A DNA stretch of 64,000 bases from positions 3,348,001 to 3,412,000 of the forward strand of contig NC_087437.1 in assembly GCF_036321535.1 (NCBI RefSeq), read 5' to 3'. The notes under the pieces were generated by a model, which saw only the letters and a list, made by a program, of their open reading frames with translations, was not told the origin of the DNA and made no database searches. The stretch comes from Camelus dromedarius (Eukaryota). A program made the translations under genes and the position numbers. Of this stretch, positions 13,963 through 26,490 are shown piece after piece; the stretch's first letter is position 1; each line of letters starts with the position of its first letter.

Positions 13963-14095
13963 GTGGTCCTCTGAGTCTACTGTGAGTACACATCACCGGA
14001 GGAGCTTGTTAAAATTTAGACTGTGATGCAGCAGGTCTGCGTGGGCCCAGGATTCTAGCTCTAACAAAGTCCCAGGTGATGCCAGTGCAGTTCTG
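13963..14095. mobile_element. MER5-like hAT element fragment
   Basis: ATCACCGGAGGAGCTTGTTAAAA...CAGGTCTG...GGGCCCAGGATTCT...CTAACAAAGTCCCAGGTGATGC. Confidence 0.7.
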
Positions 14096-15015
14096 AGATG
14101 AAGGTTCTCGATTTCAGGGGGTGGTGGCAGAGGCCCTCCCAAACCGGGCAGCACCTCATCTGCTGGCAAACGGCCCCTCTCCCCTGGCTCCGAGGTGGGA
14201 GTGGAAAGTAATGAGACTGATTCCAGAAGCTGCACCCCCATCCCCTGCTTTATGGTGGTCACACCTCTTCCTAAAACCAACTAGGGAGTGGTCCTCCTGG
14301 CCAGCCCTGCCCTCTGAAAGGAGGTGTCATGCACCCCCGGCCTGATGGTCCCGTGTTGATGTCTGTCCCCTGGGGTGGACTCAGAGAGCCTTCAGTAGAC
14401 CCAGGACAATGGGAGCTTGTCACTGCAGGTGGCCACACGGGTGGCCCTCCAGAAGGGCGGCCCACCAGGCTGACCTTCAAACTTAGCGTAGCGGGGCTTC
14501 TTTCCTCCTCCTTCTGTCCCTCCTGATCACAGACTCTATCCACCCAAAGGCCTGGAGTCGCTGCTTTGGGTGGAGGTGTTTTGTTTTGCTATAAACTGGC
14601 CTGTCTTGAACCACAAGAATGCACGTTTCACTTGTATAATCTTCTTGCAGAGAAACAGAAAAGTGTTTGTCAGCAAAAAAGGCACAGGGTGTACTCCATT
14701 TTCGGTCAGAGAGATGGGAAAGTCAACCTCAAAGTAAAATCGATCTGTTGACTATATGTTTGTTGAGGGGGGAAGTGTTAACAAGCCAATCAAATGCCTT
14801 GCATGATTCCAGTGTTAGATCTACAGATCCTCACCTTGCAAGTACGTGTCAGCCAAATGCACGTCTGGGGATAATGGTAAAAATGTATGACTGGAAAAAA
14901 ATCATAAACACTTAAACTGTATTATTTTATGAATAAATTATTTTATGAATAAATTGGGTACTTACAAAATTTTTCTAAGAGTTACAGTCTTGTTTTTCTT
15001 TTCAAGGCAATTTCT

Positions 15016-15620
15016 TTTTTTTTAATTGAAGTATAATTGATTTACTATGTTGTATTAGTTTCTGGTGTACAGCACAGTGATTCAGTTATACGTATATATA
15101 TATATATTCCTTTTCATATTCTTTTTTATCATAAGTTATTACAAGATACTGGATATAGTTCTCTGTGCTGTACAGTAGGTCCTTGTTGTTTATCTATTTT
15201 ATATATAGTAGTGTGTATCTGCGAATACTGAACTCCAAATATAAATAAGTTCATTTGTATCATATTTTTAGATTCCACATATAAGTGATATCATATGATA
15301 TTTGTGTCTCTCTTTATGGCTTTCTTTACCTAGTACGAGAATCTCCAGGTCCATCCATGTTGCTGCAAATAGCATTATTTGATCTTTTTTATGGCTGAGT
15401 AGTATTCCATTGTATAAAATATATCACAGCTTCTTTATCCAGTCATCTGTCAATGGACATTGAGGTTGTTTCCATGTCTTGGCTATTGTAAATAGTGCTG
15501 CTGTGAACATTGGGGTGCGTGTATCTTTTCAAATTAGAGTTCCCTCTGGATATATGCCTAGGAGTAGAATTGCTGGATCATATGGTAAGTCTATTTTTAG
15601 TTTTTTAAGGAAGCCCCTCG
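15016..15620 (-). mobile_element. 5'-truncated L1 (3' end)
   Basis: Poly-T start, typical L1 ORF2-end/3'UTR sequence. TSD AGGCAATTTCT at 15005-15015 and 15621-15631. Confidence 0.92.
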
Positions 15621-16140
15621 AGGCAATTTCTGAACAGTGATTTATTTCCTGTCGGTGATGTGGCCCCGGGTGAAGAATAGCTCCTTCACAGCCTCACAGA
15701 AGCATGTGGGTCATTGTTTTTAACAGACAAGGAATTAAAATACTTGGACCCTGTCCTGTAGAAATAGCTGGTGGTTGTTTCTAATCCAGAACAAGGACAG
15801 GAACTTCCATGCCTTTGTGCCAGGAACATAGTAAGCGCTCAGTAGATGCTTAACGAACACAGAGACGACTGATCAAATGAGTGAGTGTGTGGGAGAAGGG
15901 ATGCGTGGACGCGTTCATGTGCCCCCTGGTCAACATCTAGTCCTGGAGATTCAACAGGCAGATTAAGTGGCTGTGGCTGTCGGTCTCAAATATCTGTTTG
16001 GATCTCCAACATTCATGTCAGGACGCCTGGGATTTGTGAGCCAGGTAGTGAGGACAGAGTCCAGGTTTCCTAGCGGGACCTTAAGGAGGTCAACGTCCCT
16101 TGTCACAGCCAGACTCAAGCCCTGCTCAAAAAAAATAATA

Positions 16141-16500
16141 AAAATAATAGCTAACTGTGCACAGCCGCTGTTCTAAGTGCTTGAGAGAATACTATCTCAT
16201 TTAACTCTTCCAACAGCCCTGTAAGGTAGACAGTATTATTAGTCTCATTTTGTAGATAAGGAAGCTGAGACAGTGGGCGGGTAGAACTCAGTGGTAGAGC
16301 ATGTGCTTAGTATGCACAAGCTCCTGGGTTCAATCCCCAGTGCCTCCATTAAAAATAAATAAACTTAACTACTCCAAAAAAAAAGAATTTTTAAAAAAAG
16401 AAACAGAGACACACAGAGTTTGGGTAACTAACCCGAGGTCACGCAGCTATCCAAAGGCATCACCAGGATTTGAACACAGATGCTCTGGCTCTCGACCCCA
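16141..16500 (-). mobile_element. MIR SINE split by a vic-1-like insertion
   Basis: TCTCATTTAACTCTTCCAACAGCCCTGTAAGGTAG...CATTTTGTAGATAAGGAAGCTGAG / CCCGAGGTCACGCAGCTA...GGATTTGAAC. Confidence 0.8.
16273..16400 (+). mobile_element. vic-1-like SINE inserted in a MIR
   Basis: Same A/B-box head (CTCAGTGGTAGAGC...GGTTCAATCCCCAG) and A tail. Flanks are contiguous MIR sequence. Confidence 0.88.
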
Positions 16501-17219
16501 AACTCACTTTATAATCCCTGTTTCAGCTCCCTCCTGCACTCTCCCCAGCCACTTGCCATATTCTGCAGAAGATTATTAAGCTATTTGAGAGAATGAGTCA
16601 AAGCATGATCTTTGCCTCTGTTTCAGAAATCCCTGTCTCACCTGAGGACCTCATCTTCTTTCCAGGAGCATCTTGCAACGTTCAGCATCCCCCTGGGAGC
16701 AGAGGAAGACTCAAGATACACCTGGGTCTTCCGAGCTTCATGCTACCAAGGAGACCACACTGAGACACTTGGAATACGGATGCTTCCAGCACTGAGTGAT
16801 CATGTGAACACCTGAGGAGGAGCGGTCTACACGGAGTGAGGTAAGGAGCCGGGCGTGGCGAGGATTCAGGAAAACTGGAAGGGTTGTGTCCAGAAGCAGG
16901 TGGCCCCAGCCAGCTCCAGATGGCAGGCAGGAACGCAGACCCAGTGAAGCCAGGCCACCCAGTGTTTCAGGGCAATTGAAAAATGCAGCATTTCACGTAA
17001 AACCTACTGATTTGCAAATATGGAAAATTCATTCAAAATTCAACCATTTTCACACTCAAAGGACCAAGGTGTATGAGTCAAATGAAAAACACCTCTGGGT
17101 TTATGTGGTCTCTGAAGTGCAAATTTGGAACCACTGAGTTATATCCACCACCAGGCCTCAACAGGTAATATACACTCTGAATCTCCCCAAAGAGATTATA
17201 TGTCTGTGGTTTATGGCTA

Positions 17220-18115
17220 CCGATACTTGCTGTATTTGAAATTGAAACTGAAAATATAACACATGTATTAATTCACTGGCATAATAATATACCCATAAGT
17301 TAGTAACATAAAAATATTTTTACGAAAACCTGTATTTTCAAAACCAAAAAAACAGCAAAATAAGCAGCCTTGTGTGTCTTGCTTAATAAAAGCCAGCTGG
17401 GTTCTCACACTGACTCCTGCGGTCAACCTGTCATGAAGGGATGTCTTGGCTGAGGTACAGTGATGAAGATCTCGCCTTACATGGCTCTGGAGTTGGTAAG
17501 GGGAGGAGTATTCGTAAGATAATTGTGCTAATTCTTTTTATCACAGCAAAGTCAACAAGTGGTAGCTTCTCCAAGGTGAGCTGCAATTTGAAAGATGGAA
17601 AAGCATAACAATGAATGTTTCCTGGCCTTTTGCGTGGCTGTTTGACCCACGTGTGTTTTGTAACATCACACTTTGGCCCTTTGGAAAATACTGACCCGCT
17701 CCGTTATTCACATGTTCCAAATAGTCACACCGTTTATTTTACAATATGAAAAAAGAATCACATTCTTCTTTATCATACGACTGCTGATCTCACCAGACAG
17801 TCTCTAAATACTGGGATCTGTCCAAATCTGGCAGCAGACTCAGGTTTTTGAAGAGTCTATTCTTTGCTGGAAAGTTCGAATGTTATCACTGGCACGTGTT
17901 GACACGCACGCCAGCGTGCAAAAGTGTTGGTGGGGGAGACGCTGGCGTCGTGGCTCCCCTTCTCCCCTGGTGGTTCTATTTTGCACCAGCACGACCTTGC
18001 AGGAAAGAACATAGTTTCATTTAAGGATGCTATTGATGGAGCAGAAAAATTATTTGTCTTATTACATCTTGACCCTTGAGGCCACGTCTTTTTCATATGC
18101 TAAGTGACCGAACCA
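17220..18115. mobile_element. Decayed hAT-Charlie (Charlie2-like) internal/transposase remnant
   Basis: TGCTGTATTTGAAATT, CAACAAGTGGTAGCTTCT and TTTTGTAACATCACACTTTGGCCCTTTGGAAAATA resemble the Charlie consensus from memory. No intact ORF. Confidence 0.55.
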
Positions 18116-18120
18116 AAGCA

Positions 18121-18178
18121 TTTGGGTTCAATCCCCAGTACCTTCATTTTAAATAAAAATACAAAAGTAAAAGAAAAA
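18121..18178 (+). mobile_element. 5'-truncated vic-1-like SINE fragment
   Basis: TGGGTTCAATCCCCAGTACCTTCATT + A-rich tail, with no A box. Confidence 0.7.
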
Positions 18179-19229
18179 GGTGCTTCTGCCATTTGCACTA
18201 GAGCTTCGCAAAGAAATGCAGGGATTTGGAACCTTGTTCATTAGCTTTCACTTCTGTAAATCTGAAAGCACAGGCGAAGATTAGCAGGGTTCCCCCTGAG
18301 ATAAACGGACATATTTTCCCCATTTTTGCCCCCATCCTGAGGGCCGGGGGTGATATTTCTAAGAAAGGAATTTCTTTCACAGGCGATTAAAAGGTACGGT
18401 GTATTTCAAAAGAAAGACACTTTCTTCCCTCTTGCATATTGAATGGTTTTTCTAAGTAGCACAAAATGCTAAAAAGGCCCTCCTGCCTTCATTAACAATC
18501 CACAGGTAAATCCTTGGCAACCAGCTGGGGTCCACTGGGACCTCAGTCCCTGCATCATGGAAAGCAATCAGAGCGCCAAATGTCAAATGCAGGTGGACTG
18601 GGGTGCGGGATATTAAAAATAAGTACACCCACAGGGACTGGATTAGGCTGAGAAAATAATTTCATAACCTAAACTAATTCATTTAGAGCTGAATATGATT
18701 CAAGTTAAGTTGAAAGTGATTACAAATATCATTAAAGGTAACCCACAGTCCAGAAATTGCCATCAAGTTGTCTATGTCTGTTTGTTATTCTTAGGATCAG
18801 AATGAACTTTTCTGCAGACCCCAGTTCCTCCTAGAACATGAATTTATCCATTCGCACAAGGGTAGCTAACAAGCAAATCTGACCCTCCGAAAGGAGGCAG
18901 ACTCATGATGCAAGAGCAGTTTTGGGGTCAGGCAGAAATACGTTTCCTAGAGAATATAAATATAGTGACCATCTCTAACCTTCAGATTTCTTATCTGCAA
19001 AATGGAAACAATACTATCTACCTCTTAGGGTCCTGGTGGTGAGGACGTAGGAGGTATCTTTAAAAGGCTGAGCTCAATGCACGACATCTAGTAAGCAGTT
19101 TACAGGTCATTATTTACAGCACCGTGGGCAAGTTGTGTCGCCTGGAAGACAAAAGGATGGAAAAAAAAATAATGAAAGGAGGCTGGGAAATGCACAAACC
19201 TATAACATTTGATGGTCCTTGTCACAGAG

Positions 19230-19545
19230 AAAAACATGTGACTTGAGCCAGGTCAAAAAATCTGCTGGAGCTCCCTGGAGAGGGTAACGCACCTTTGATG
19301 TTGCTGCCTGTGAGGACGTGAATCTGCATGTGCGGGAAGCTGTTCTCCCCACCTGGCGGGAATGAGGCCCACGCAGAACGAAGAGGTCAGAAAGGAAAAG
19401 GGGCAAGATGGCCTCCTGATGGCCTCGCTTGGACTCTGGATCCAGCCTGGAATTTCCCGCCACCAAAGCCCACAGATGTCCTTTCCACTGAACCCAGTTG
19501 AAGGTGGACTTCTGTTGTGCACAACCAAAGATTTTTGACAAGTCT
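19230..19545 (+). mobile_element. MaLR LTR remnant (MLT1J/K-like)
   Basis: GAATGAGGCC...CTGGATCCAGCC...CTGAACCCAGTTGAAGGTGGACTTCTGTT...CAACCAAAGATTTTTGACAA, a typical MLT1 3' end. Confidence 0.55.
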
Positions 19546-19730
19546 AGCTTGACCTTGGGAAAAGAGGGAAGAAGGCAGGGTGGGGACGGGGGGCTGGTGC
19601 CACAGGGCCATTCCTGCTCTCGCCAGCCCCCACGGGAGCCTGCTCCCCTCGCTTCTTTCTGGTTGCTGAACTCTGGTAGGGATGAGAAGTATCTAAGTGA
19701 GAATTAGATTGACTCATCTATGAATATTTT

Positions 19731-19823
19731 CTTATTATTCATTTAACAGATGTGCTGGGGATTGAACTCAGGACCTCGAGCATGCTAAGCACACACTCTA
19801 CCACTGAGGTATACCCTTCCCCC
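19731..19823 (-). mobile_element. vic-1-like SINE, short form
   Basis: Reverse complement of the tRNA-like head (GGGATTGAACTCAGGACCTC...CTACCACTGAG), with AATATTTT on both flanks. Confidence 0.88.
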
Positions 19824-20564
19824 AATATTTTATTGTAAGTGTTCTGACTTAGGACCTCAGAGAACAGGTTCACCTTTGATTTCCTGGTAGGTGGGATCTG
19901 GAACACACAAGGTCCGCGCATATCAGTGAATGAAGCAAACACGTTGCCCGTTCGCCCACCTCTTCCTCGTGTGCGATGAAACAGAAGCAGAGGAGACACA
20001 GTTGGTTTCTGGAGTGGATCAAAGCATCCAAGTTGCCACTGCAGGGAAAGGACACAAGGAATGTCTCCTCTCTTCCCCTGTGGGAACCCCGCTATGGCCC
20101 TTCCTCAGCTCCCACACCCACCACTTCTGACCGTGTCCCTTGGTGTCCATGATGGGATGGCCCAAGACGTTTCTCATTTCAGGATCTGGAATAAGATCGT
20201 TCATACTTATGCCCATGAAACAATGGCAAGATTAAGATCAAATCCCTCGCACATTCTTGGAGGCAGGAGGGAAATTATAATTGAGGCGTTCTCTAAATTT
20301 GCTACGAGTCTGAGAGGGAAACTGAGGGAGGTTGGAGGGAGAATGGCTCCTGGACCCATGGGCTCCATTCCTTTTTCTCGTCAGGTAAGGCCACTCTGCT
20401 CTGGAGTCCAATAAAGCACCTGTCATGCCCAGCGTCTCAGCTACCTGAGACCCCACTGCCCAGGGCCAGGATACTCCCCTGTGCTCGTGGGAGGAAGAGC
20501 TAAGTTTAGGTGGCAAAATCAGTGTCCCCAGAATCAATGTCTGATTTATTTTTAAATGCACTGC

Positions 20565-20694
20565 TTAATTAATTAATTAATTAATTAATTGTTTGTTTGT
20601 TTTGGGGAGAGAGGTAATTAGGTTTATTTATTTTTAATGGAGATACTGGGGATTGACTAAGCTCAGGGTCTACCCCTGAGCTCTACCCTCCCCC
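20565..20694 (-). mobile_element. vic-1-like SINE with internal deletion and (TTAA)n tail
   Basis: GAGGTAATTAGGTTTATT body, then GGGGATTGA joined directly to CTAAGC, ending CTCTACCCTCCCCC. Confidence 0.85.
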
Positions 20695-20944
20695 TCTACA
20701 ATTTCTGATATATTTTATTTTGTTGTCTGACGAAGTCCCAGACTCCCTTTTGCAGAAGGCCTTGCCCACTCAGAATGACACTTTCCATTTAGACATTTCC
20801 AACCTAGTTGATATTTCACTTTAAAGATCACTTTTCCCCTTTCTACTGGCCATAACTTAAGCAAGGAGATATTTCATAAATAACTTCTGCTTTCAGTCAC
20901 CCCAAACAGCACACCCAAGGGCTCAACATCATGTTGAGTGGGAA

Positions 20945-21120
20945 AAACAGGATGAGAATCAGGAGACCTGGTTCTAAACCAGGCTGGACTAGGTACATGG
21001 CTTTTCTGCAGATGTTTCCTAGACACGCGGTCTTGGACGATTTATCTGCCCTCTCACGGTGCTTTCCTCATAGATTGTTGTGGGGATTAAATGAGATAAT
21101 AGTGCAAAACGTTTACCATT
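20945..21120 (+). mobile_element. MIR SINE
   Basis: AATCAGGAGACCTGGTTCTAAACC and CCTCATAGATTGTTGTGGGGATTAAATGAGATAAT. Confidence 0.7.
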
Positions 21121-21430
21121 ACACCCTACACTATATAAATGGCTCAAAAAATTATTACGAGCCTTTTCATTACTACTATTACCACTGCGATCATATAACA
21201 GCAGTTCTTTTTCCAGAAAACATACATTCTTTCAGACAAATTACTATTCCCATAATGACAGGCTCACTTAAAGGAAACTGTAAGGCAAAGCTGTGGACAC
21301 ACAACTGGCATTCTCTGCTCTGCTCCTGGACTGGAGTGTGGATTCCAAGGATAAAGAAAGAAACGGAGGGAAGGGGGAGGAGTGGACTTAGCATATCACA
21401 CCTTGTCCAGACCAGGCTCCCTGACCACAG

Positions 21431-21783
21431 TGTGATGATGATGATAAAAATGATGATTATGCTGGTAATGGTGATAAAGGTGATGGTGATGATGATAAAG
21501 ATGGTGGTGATGGTGATAAAGATGATGATGGTAGTGGTGGTGACGGTGGTGGTGATTATGATGATGATGGTGGTGGTGATGATGATAAAGATGATCATGG
21601 TGGTGAGTGGTGATGATGATAAAGATGATGATGGTGGTAGTGGTGATGATAAAGATGATTGTGGTGATGGTGATGATAAAAATGATGATGGTGGTGATGG
21701 TGGTGGTGGTGATGATGATAATGATGAAGATGATGATAAAGGTGATGATGACAATGGTAATGATGGTGGTGGTGATGATGATG
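21431..21783. repeat. Compound (GAT/GGT)n trinucleotide low-complexity array with periodic AAA interruptions
   Basis: About 350 bp of GAT/GGT triplets with recurring GATGATAAA. Confidence 0.95.
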
Positions 21784-22738
21784 TTTTAAACAATGAAAAC
21801 ACTATTCTTTCATATGCTGTATTTCTGTAGTATTAAAAGGAGGTCAGCAAACATGGAACTAAAAGACACTAGAGGCCAAAACAAGGACAAAAGTTCTCCT
21901 AACACCTCGTTAAGAATCTTGCATGACTGCATGAAGATGGAATGTTCATGCAGAAAATACCATTGAGAAAGTTAGAAAAGGCTAAATCAAGATTTTTCGT
22001 AATTATTGCATTACCCAACAGAAAGTGGATGTCAATATTAGTAATAAGAGTAGTCAGCATGTTTTTAGTTCTTGCTATGGTAAGGGCCAACCACTGTGTT
22101 AAGCACTTTGGATGCATCATTTCACTTAGACTGTGCTGTTGCCTTGGAAAGGAGGGATTTGGGGTTGGGTCTTGTTTTGTTTTGTTTTTTTACTTATTTT
22201 ACAGAGGAGGAAACTCAGAGAAATGAAATGATTCCCCCAGGTGCATGGAAATAGAAATATTAGCAGCGACAGGATCTGAACACAGAGCTCCCGACTTCTA
22301 CACAAAAATTCCAGCTGTTACAGGAGTAGCTCTGTCCTCTGCTGCTCCTGATGTTGGCGGAGGAGGCAACAGGAGGCTGTGGGTGGGCAAGACAGACCCT
22401 TTCCTTTTGTTAGTCACTTGGTAACACCAGGTCAGCCCCTTTCCCCACCCCGTGGTGCTGGGGCTGCTGGTGGGATAACGCTAGCTAGCCTCCGTAGTTC
22501 ACATCAGATTTCCATATTTTCTTATTAAGGTCTAATTCACATACTTCACATCCTCCCTTTCAAAGTGCACACTTCAGTAGTTTTTAGTGTATTTACCAAG
22601 TTGTGCAACCATCGCCACTAAAACTTCCCAGTGTTTCTGGGGCTCTTATCACAAATGTAGGATTTCTGGGAGAACTGAGGAAATATCATCCCCTGCCTTT
22701 AAAGAATTTGCGATCTTGTCAAGACGGCATGGTTTACA

Positions 22739-23561
22739 GTCAGAATGGCCATCATTCAGAAGTCCACGAACAATAAATGCCGAGAGGATGAAGAGAAAAG
22801 GGAACCCTCCTACACTGTTGGTGGGAAGGTAGTTTGGTGCAGCCATTATGGAAAACAGTTTGGAGATTCCTTAAAAAACAAAAATAGTTTTAAAACTAAA
22901 AATGTGATCCAGCCATCCCACTCCTGGGCATATATTCAGAGGAAACTCTAACTCAAAGAGACACATGCACCCCAATGTTTGTAGCAGCACTATTTACAAT
23001 AGCCAAGACATGGAAACAATGTAAATGTCCATTGACAGGTGACTGGATAAAGAAGTTGTGATATGTTTATACAATGGGATACTACTCAGCCATAAACAAG
23101 AACAAAATAATGCTATTTGCAGGAACATTGGATGGACCTGGAGACTGTCATACTAAGTGAAGTAAGTCAGACAGAGAAAGACAAATATCATGTGATATCA
23201 CTTATATGTGGAATCTAAAATATGACACAACTAAACTTATTTACAAAACAGAGATGGACTCACAGACAGAAAACAAACTTATGGTTACCAGAGGGAGAAA
23301 GGAGGCAGGGATGGATAAATTGGGAGTTTGAGATTTACAGATACAAACTACTATATATAAAAGAGATAAACAACAAGGTCCTACTGTACAGCACAGGGAA
23401 ATATATTCAATATCTTGTAATGGCCTGTAATGAAAAAGAATATAAAAAGGAATATATATATAACAATCACTATGCTGTACATCAGAAACTAACAGAACAT
23501 TGTAAATAGACTATACTTCAATTAAAAAAAACTAGTGAGTAGCCAAACAAACAAACAAAAA
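22739..23561 (+). mobile_element. 5'-truncated L1 (ORF2 C-terminus + 3'UTR)
   Basis: ORF2 remnant [12 protein letters not shown] in ORF 22745..22951, A-rich tail. Degenerate TSD GGCATGGTTTACA (22726-22738) / GGCCTGGTTTATA (23562-23574). Confidence 0.92.
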
Positions 23562-24759
23562 GGCCTGGTTTATAAGCTGGAAGGTCTTCACTAACAATAA
23601 AAGAAAAGAAAACACAACAAGAACACACACACGTAAGGTCAGTGCTAAGAGAGGAGAGGAATTAACAACTAGGGCCAGCGGCTATGAGGGGGTCCTCAGG
23701 GAGGGGGCAGGCCTTGGAGACGAGGGAAAATTGGACAGCTGGTGTGAGCAGGGAGGGCATCAGATGTGAAAAAACTGTCAGGCTAAATGGCCCAGGTGTT
23801 TAACTCTTGCCAAGCATAAATATTTGCTCTACTGAGAGACTGTCTGGGACATCAGTGGGAAATAGAAAAGAGATTAGATGAGGCCCTGTAATTTCAGCCA
23901 GAGATCGCCCGGCCTATTTGAACATAATTTATATAATAGTGAATAGCAGCTCCTCTCTGAAACCTGAGGGTGATACACATTGATTTCAGCAGGATGTGTG
24001 CTTTGTGCAGCCAAGACAGCATTTGGCCCTGGGTGGAAATTCCTGCTTTAAAAAAGCCATTTTGTTCCATTTTGAAATAAAGTGGGAGTGAAAGTCATGC
24101 CCCAGGATGCTTCATGGTTAATAAAACCGCAAAGGCATTCTGCCTAGGCATAGAAGATTATTTTAAGCATCATCTCCGGGGCTCCCCGTTACTAAGGGAA
24201 TCCTGTCTCAGCTCAGCGGTGCAGACAGGCAAGTTGCCATGACAATCCTGCTCAGCCTGGTTGGAGTCTAAATACCATAGAGGGAGGAGCCGCTGTCACT
24301 GCCTGACCCTCAGCAGCCTGTGGTGCACCCCTGCCCCTTGCAGTTGGCCGCTTCTCCTCCTGGACCCACCTCAGCTGCCCAGTCCATGTCACTAGGGGGC
24401 ACAGGCACTGTTAGAAGGGCACTCGGGTCAGGGCTCACTGCATGTGATGGTCGGTGTCCTCTTCTGCCCCAGAATGTGTTGTTCACGCTGGGTCACGTTC
24501 AAGCCTTCCTGGGCACAGACAGTCCAAGCCTGGCCGTTGTCTCTCCGAATAGAGGAAATTCTAGATATTTACCAGGAAGCTGCTCTGGGATGCAGAAGGA
24601 AGTCTGGAATAAATCTTACTTTCTTCCCTGTAAACCAGCCAGCCATCATCTGAAACATTTTTACAGGGCAGAGGTGTCACGATGGTCAGCAATTGATCAA
24701 TCCCTGCAACTTCCCCAATGCAGTCCTGTCCTTTCATGTGGACACGCCCACGGTGTTTA

Positions 24760-25060
24760 CAGCAGATTATACTTCCTAAAGGTCGCTGTTTCCATGTCTC
24801 CCGTCCCGTGTGCCCTTCTCACAGTGTGAATCTGCCATGTTCACATTGTGGCATGAGGCTGTCTTGCCAAGGTGAGTCTGCACCTTGAACATGGGCCAGC
24901 TGGTGTCTGAAGTGAAGTAATACCATGTGATTTCTGAGGTTAGGTCATAAAAGGTAACACAGCCTACATCTTGGTTCTCCTGGGATGCTTGCTCTTGGAG
25001 TCCAACCATCATGTTGAGAGGAAGCCCAAGAAGCCACGTGGCGAGACCACATGTAAGTGT
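24760..25060 (+). mobile_element. MaLR LTR remnant (MLT1G/H-like)
   Basis: TGTGATTTCTGAGGTTAGGTCATAAAAGG...TGCTTGCTCTTGGAG...CCATCATGTTGAGAGGAAGCCCAAG. Confidence 0.7.
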
Positions 25061-25734
25061 TTCAGGACTTTTCCAAACGAGATGTATTGCAAACATTATA
25101 AGAACTAACTGAAGGGATTAAAGGCAGGAATGTATGAAAAAGTAGTTTGAAATAAACCCTTGGTTGGAGATGGCTTTAGAAATTCAGGAGTCAATCTATT
25201 CCTAATGTTTTCTCTAGTAAAGAGGACATTTATCATAGCAACTTTTGGTCTGGATTAGAGGAGTAAGAATTATAGAACTGTAGTGCTAAGAAGAGATAAC
25301 GGAGGTTATCTTTGTTCCAATGAGAAAAGTCCCAGAGAGACTAGGTGGTACCAGGATCCCAGGGTCCAGGGTAGTCTCTGAAGGATGACATCAGAAGTGA
25401 GGGGGAGGCTGAGCTCAGTGCCTGAGCCCTAAAGCAGCCCCAGCTAGGTCCCTCGGGAGCTGGGCTGGTCCTTGTCAACCTGCAGCATACAGTAGTGACT
25501 AAATCAAGGAAGATGAAACATCCCAGACCCAGCTGGCAACCAGGAGATGTGTTCTGTGTGACAGCAGACAAAGCATGGTTTGCTTTGATTCAGTTCAGCA
25601 GTAGCCCCTGCTAAGGATGTCACTAACTCAAGGATTAGGAGAGATTTGGCACCAAGGGCAAAGGTTAGACTGAATAGCCACCTCCTCAACCCTGACAGAC
25701 CGCTGTGTGTGGGATGTTCACTTACTAATTTTCC

Positions 25735-25882
25735 TCTTTTTTGTTGTTATATTGTTTGTTTTATGAAGGCGAGGTAATTCGGTTTATTCATTGATTTCTG
25801 CTTGTAGGAGGTACCGGAGATTGAACCCAGGACCTTTTGTGTGCTGAGCCTGCGCCCTACCACTTGAGCTATACCCTTCCCC
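25735..25882 (-). mobile_element. vic-1-like SINE, long form
   Basis: GAGGTAATTCGGTTTATT body + GATTGAACCCAGGACC...CACTTGAGCTATACCCTTCCCC. Confidence 0.88.
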
Positions 25883-26289
25883 TGCCTCCCTTTTTTTTAT
25901 TTAACTGCAAAGCAAATGTTATTTTATATATGAATTTGTCATTAGTTATTACATAAATGCTGCCTAGTGCCATTAACCAAATGGCAGGACCATTTGATAT
26001 CTGCAATTCACCTCTGTCTTTACACACAGAATTTTCATGATTTTTAAAAGGATATCTATCAGCAAAGTTTTAACGTTGAGATGCAATCTAGCATCCGTAA
26101 TATCTGGTGTTCTGCAGATAGCAATGTAGGAGAGAAGTATTTTAATCTCCTGTCATTTGAGTGACTTTATGGAAAAATCAAATCAGTAATTTAGAAGCTC
26201 TAAGTCTTCAAAGTCGATTTTCAGATGCACTTATAGAGGAATTCCAATGCAAGGGAGGTAACATATTTGTCATAGAGAACTTAGGAAAC

Positions 26290-26490
26290 AAAACGGCTCA
26301 GAGCACATGCTCTGTGGCCCTTACAAGCTGAGTGAACTTCTTTAAGTTGTGTAACCTCTCTGTGCTTATTTTATGAACTGTGAAATGAAGATACTTTTAG
26401 TATTACCACATGGGGTTATTATAAAGATTGAGGAAATATAATGAAAGAGTGAAAATGAATCTAGTGTTTATAGTGGGAGGTCAATAGGAT
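26290..26490 (+). mobile_element. MIR SINE
   Basis: CTTACAAGCTGAGTGAAC...AAGTTGTGTAACCTCTCTGTGC...CTGTGAAATGAAGATA. Confidence 0.7.

Noticed and set aside
20931..21830. Longest ORF in the track (299 aa) and the antisense 203-aa ORF, including DDDK motifs reminiscent of FLAG/enterokinase tags
   Set aside because: The N-terminal part runs through a MIR and the rest is the GAT/GGT simple repeat, which lacks stops in these frames. There is no exact DYKDDDDK and no vector context.
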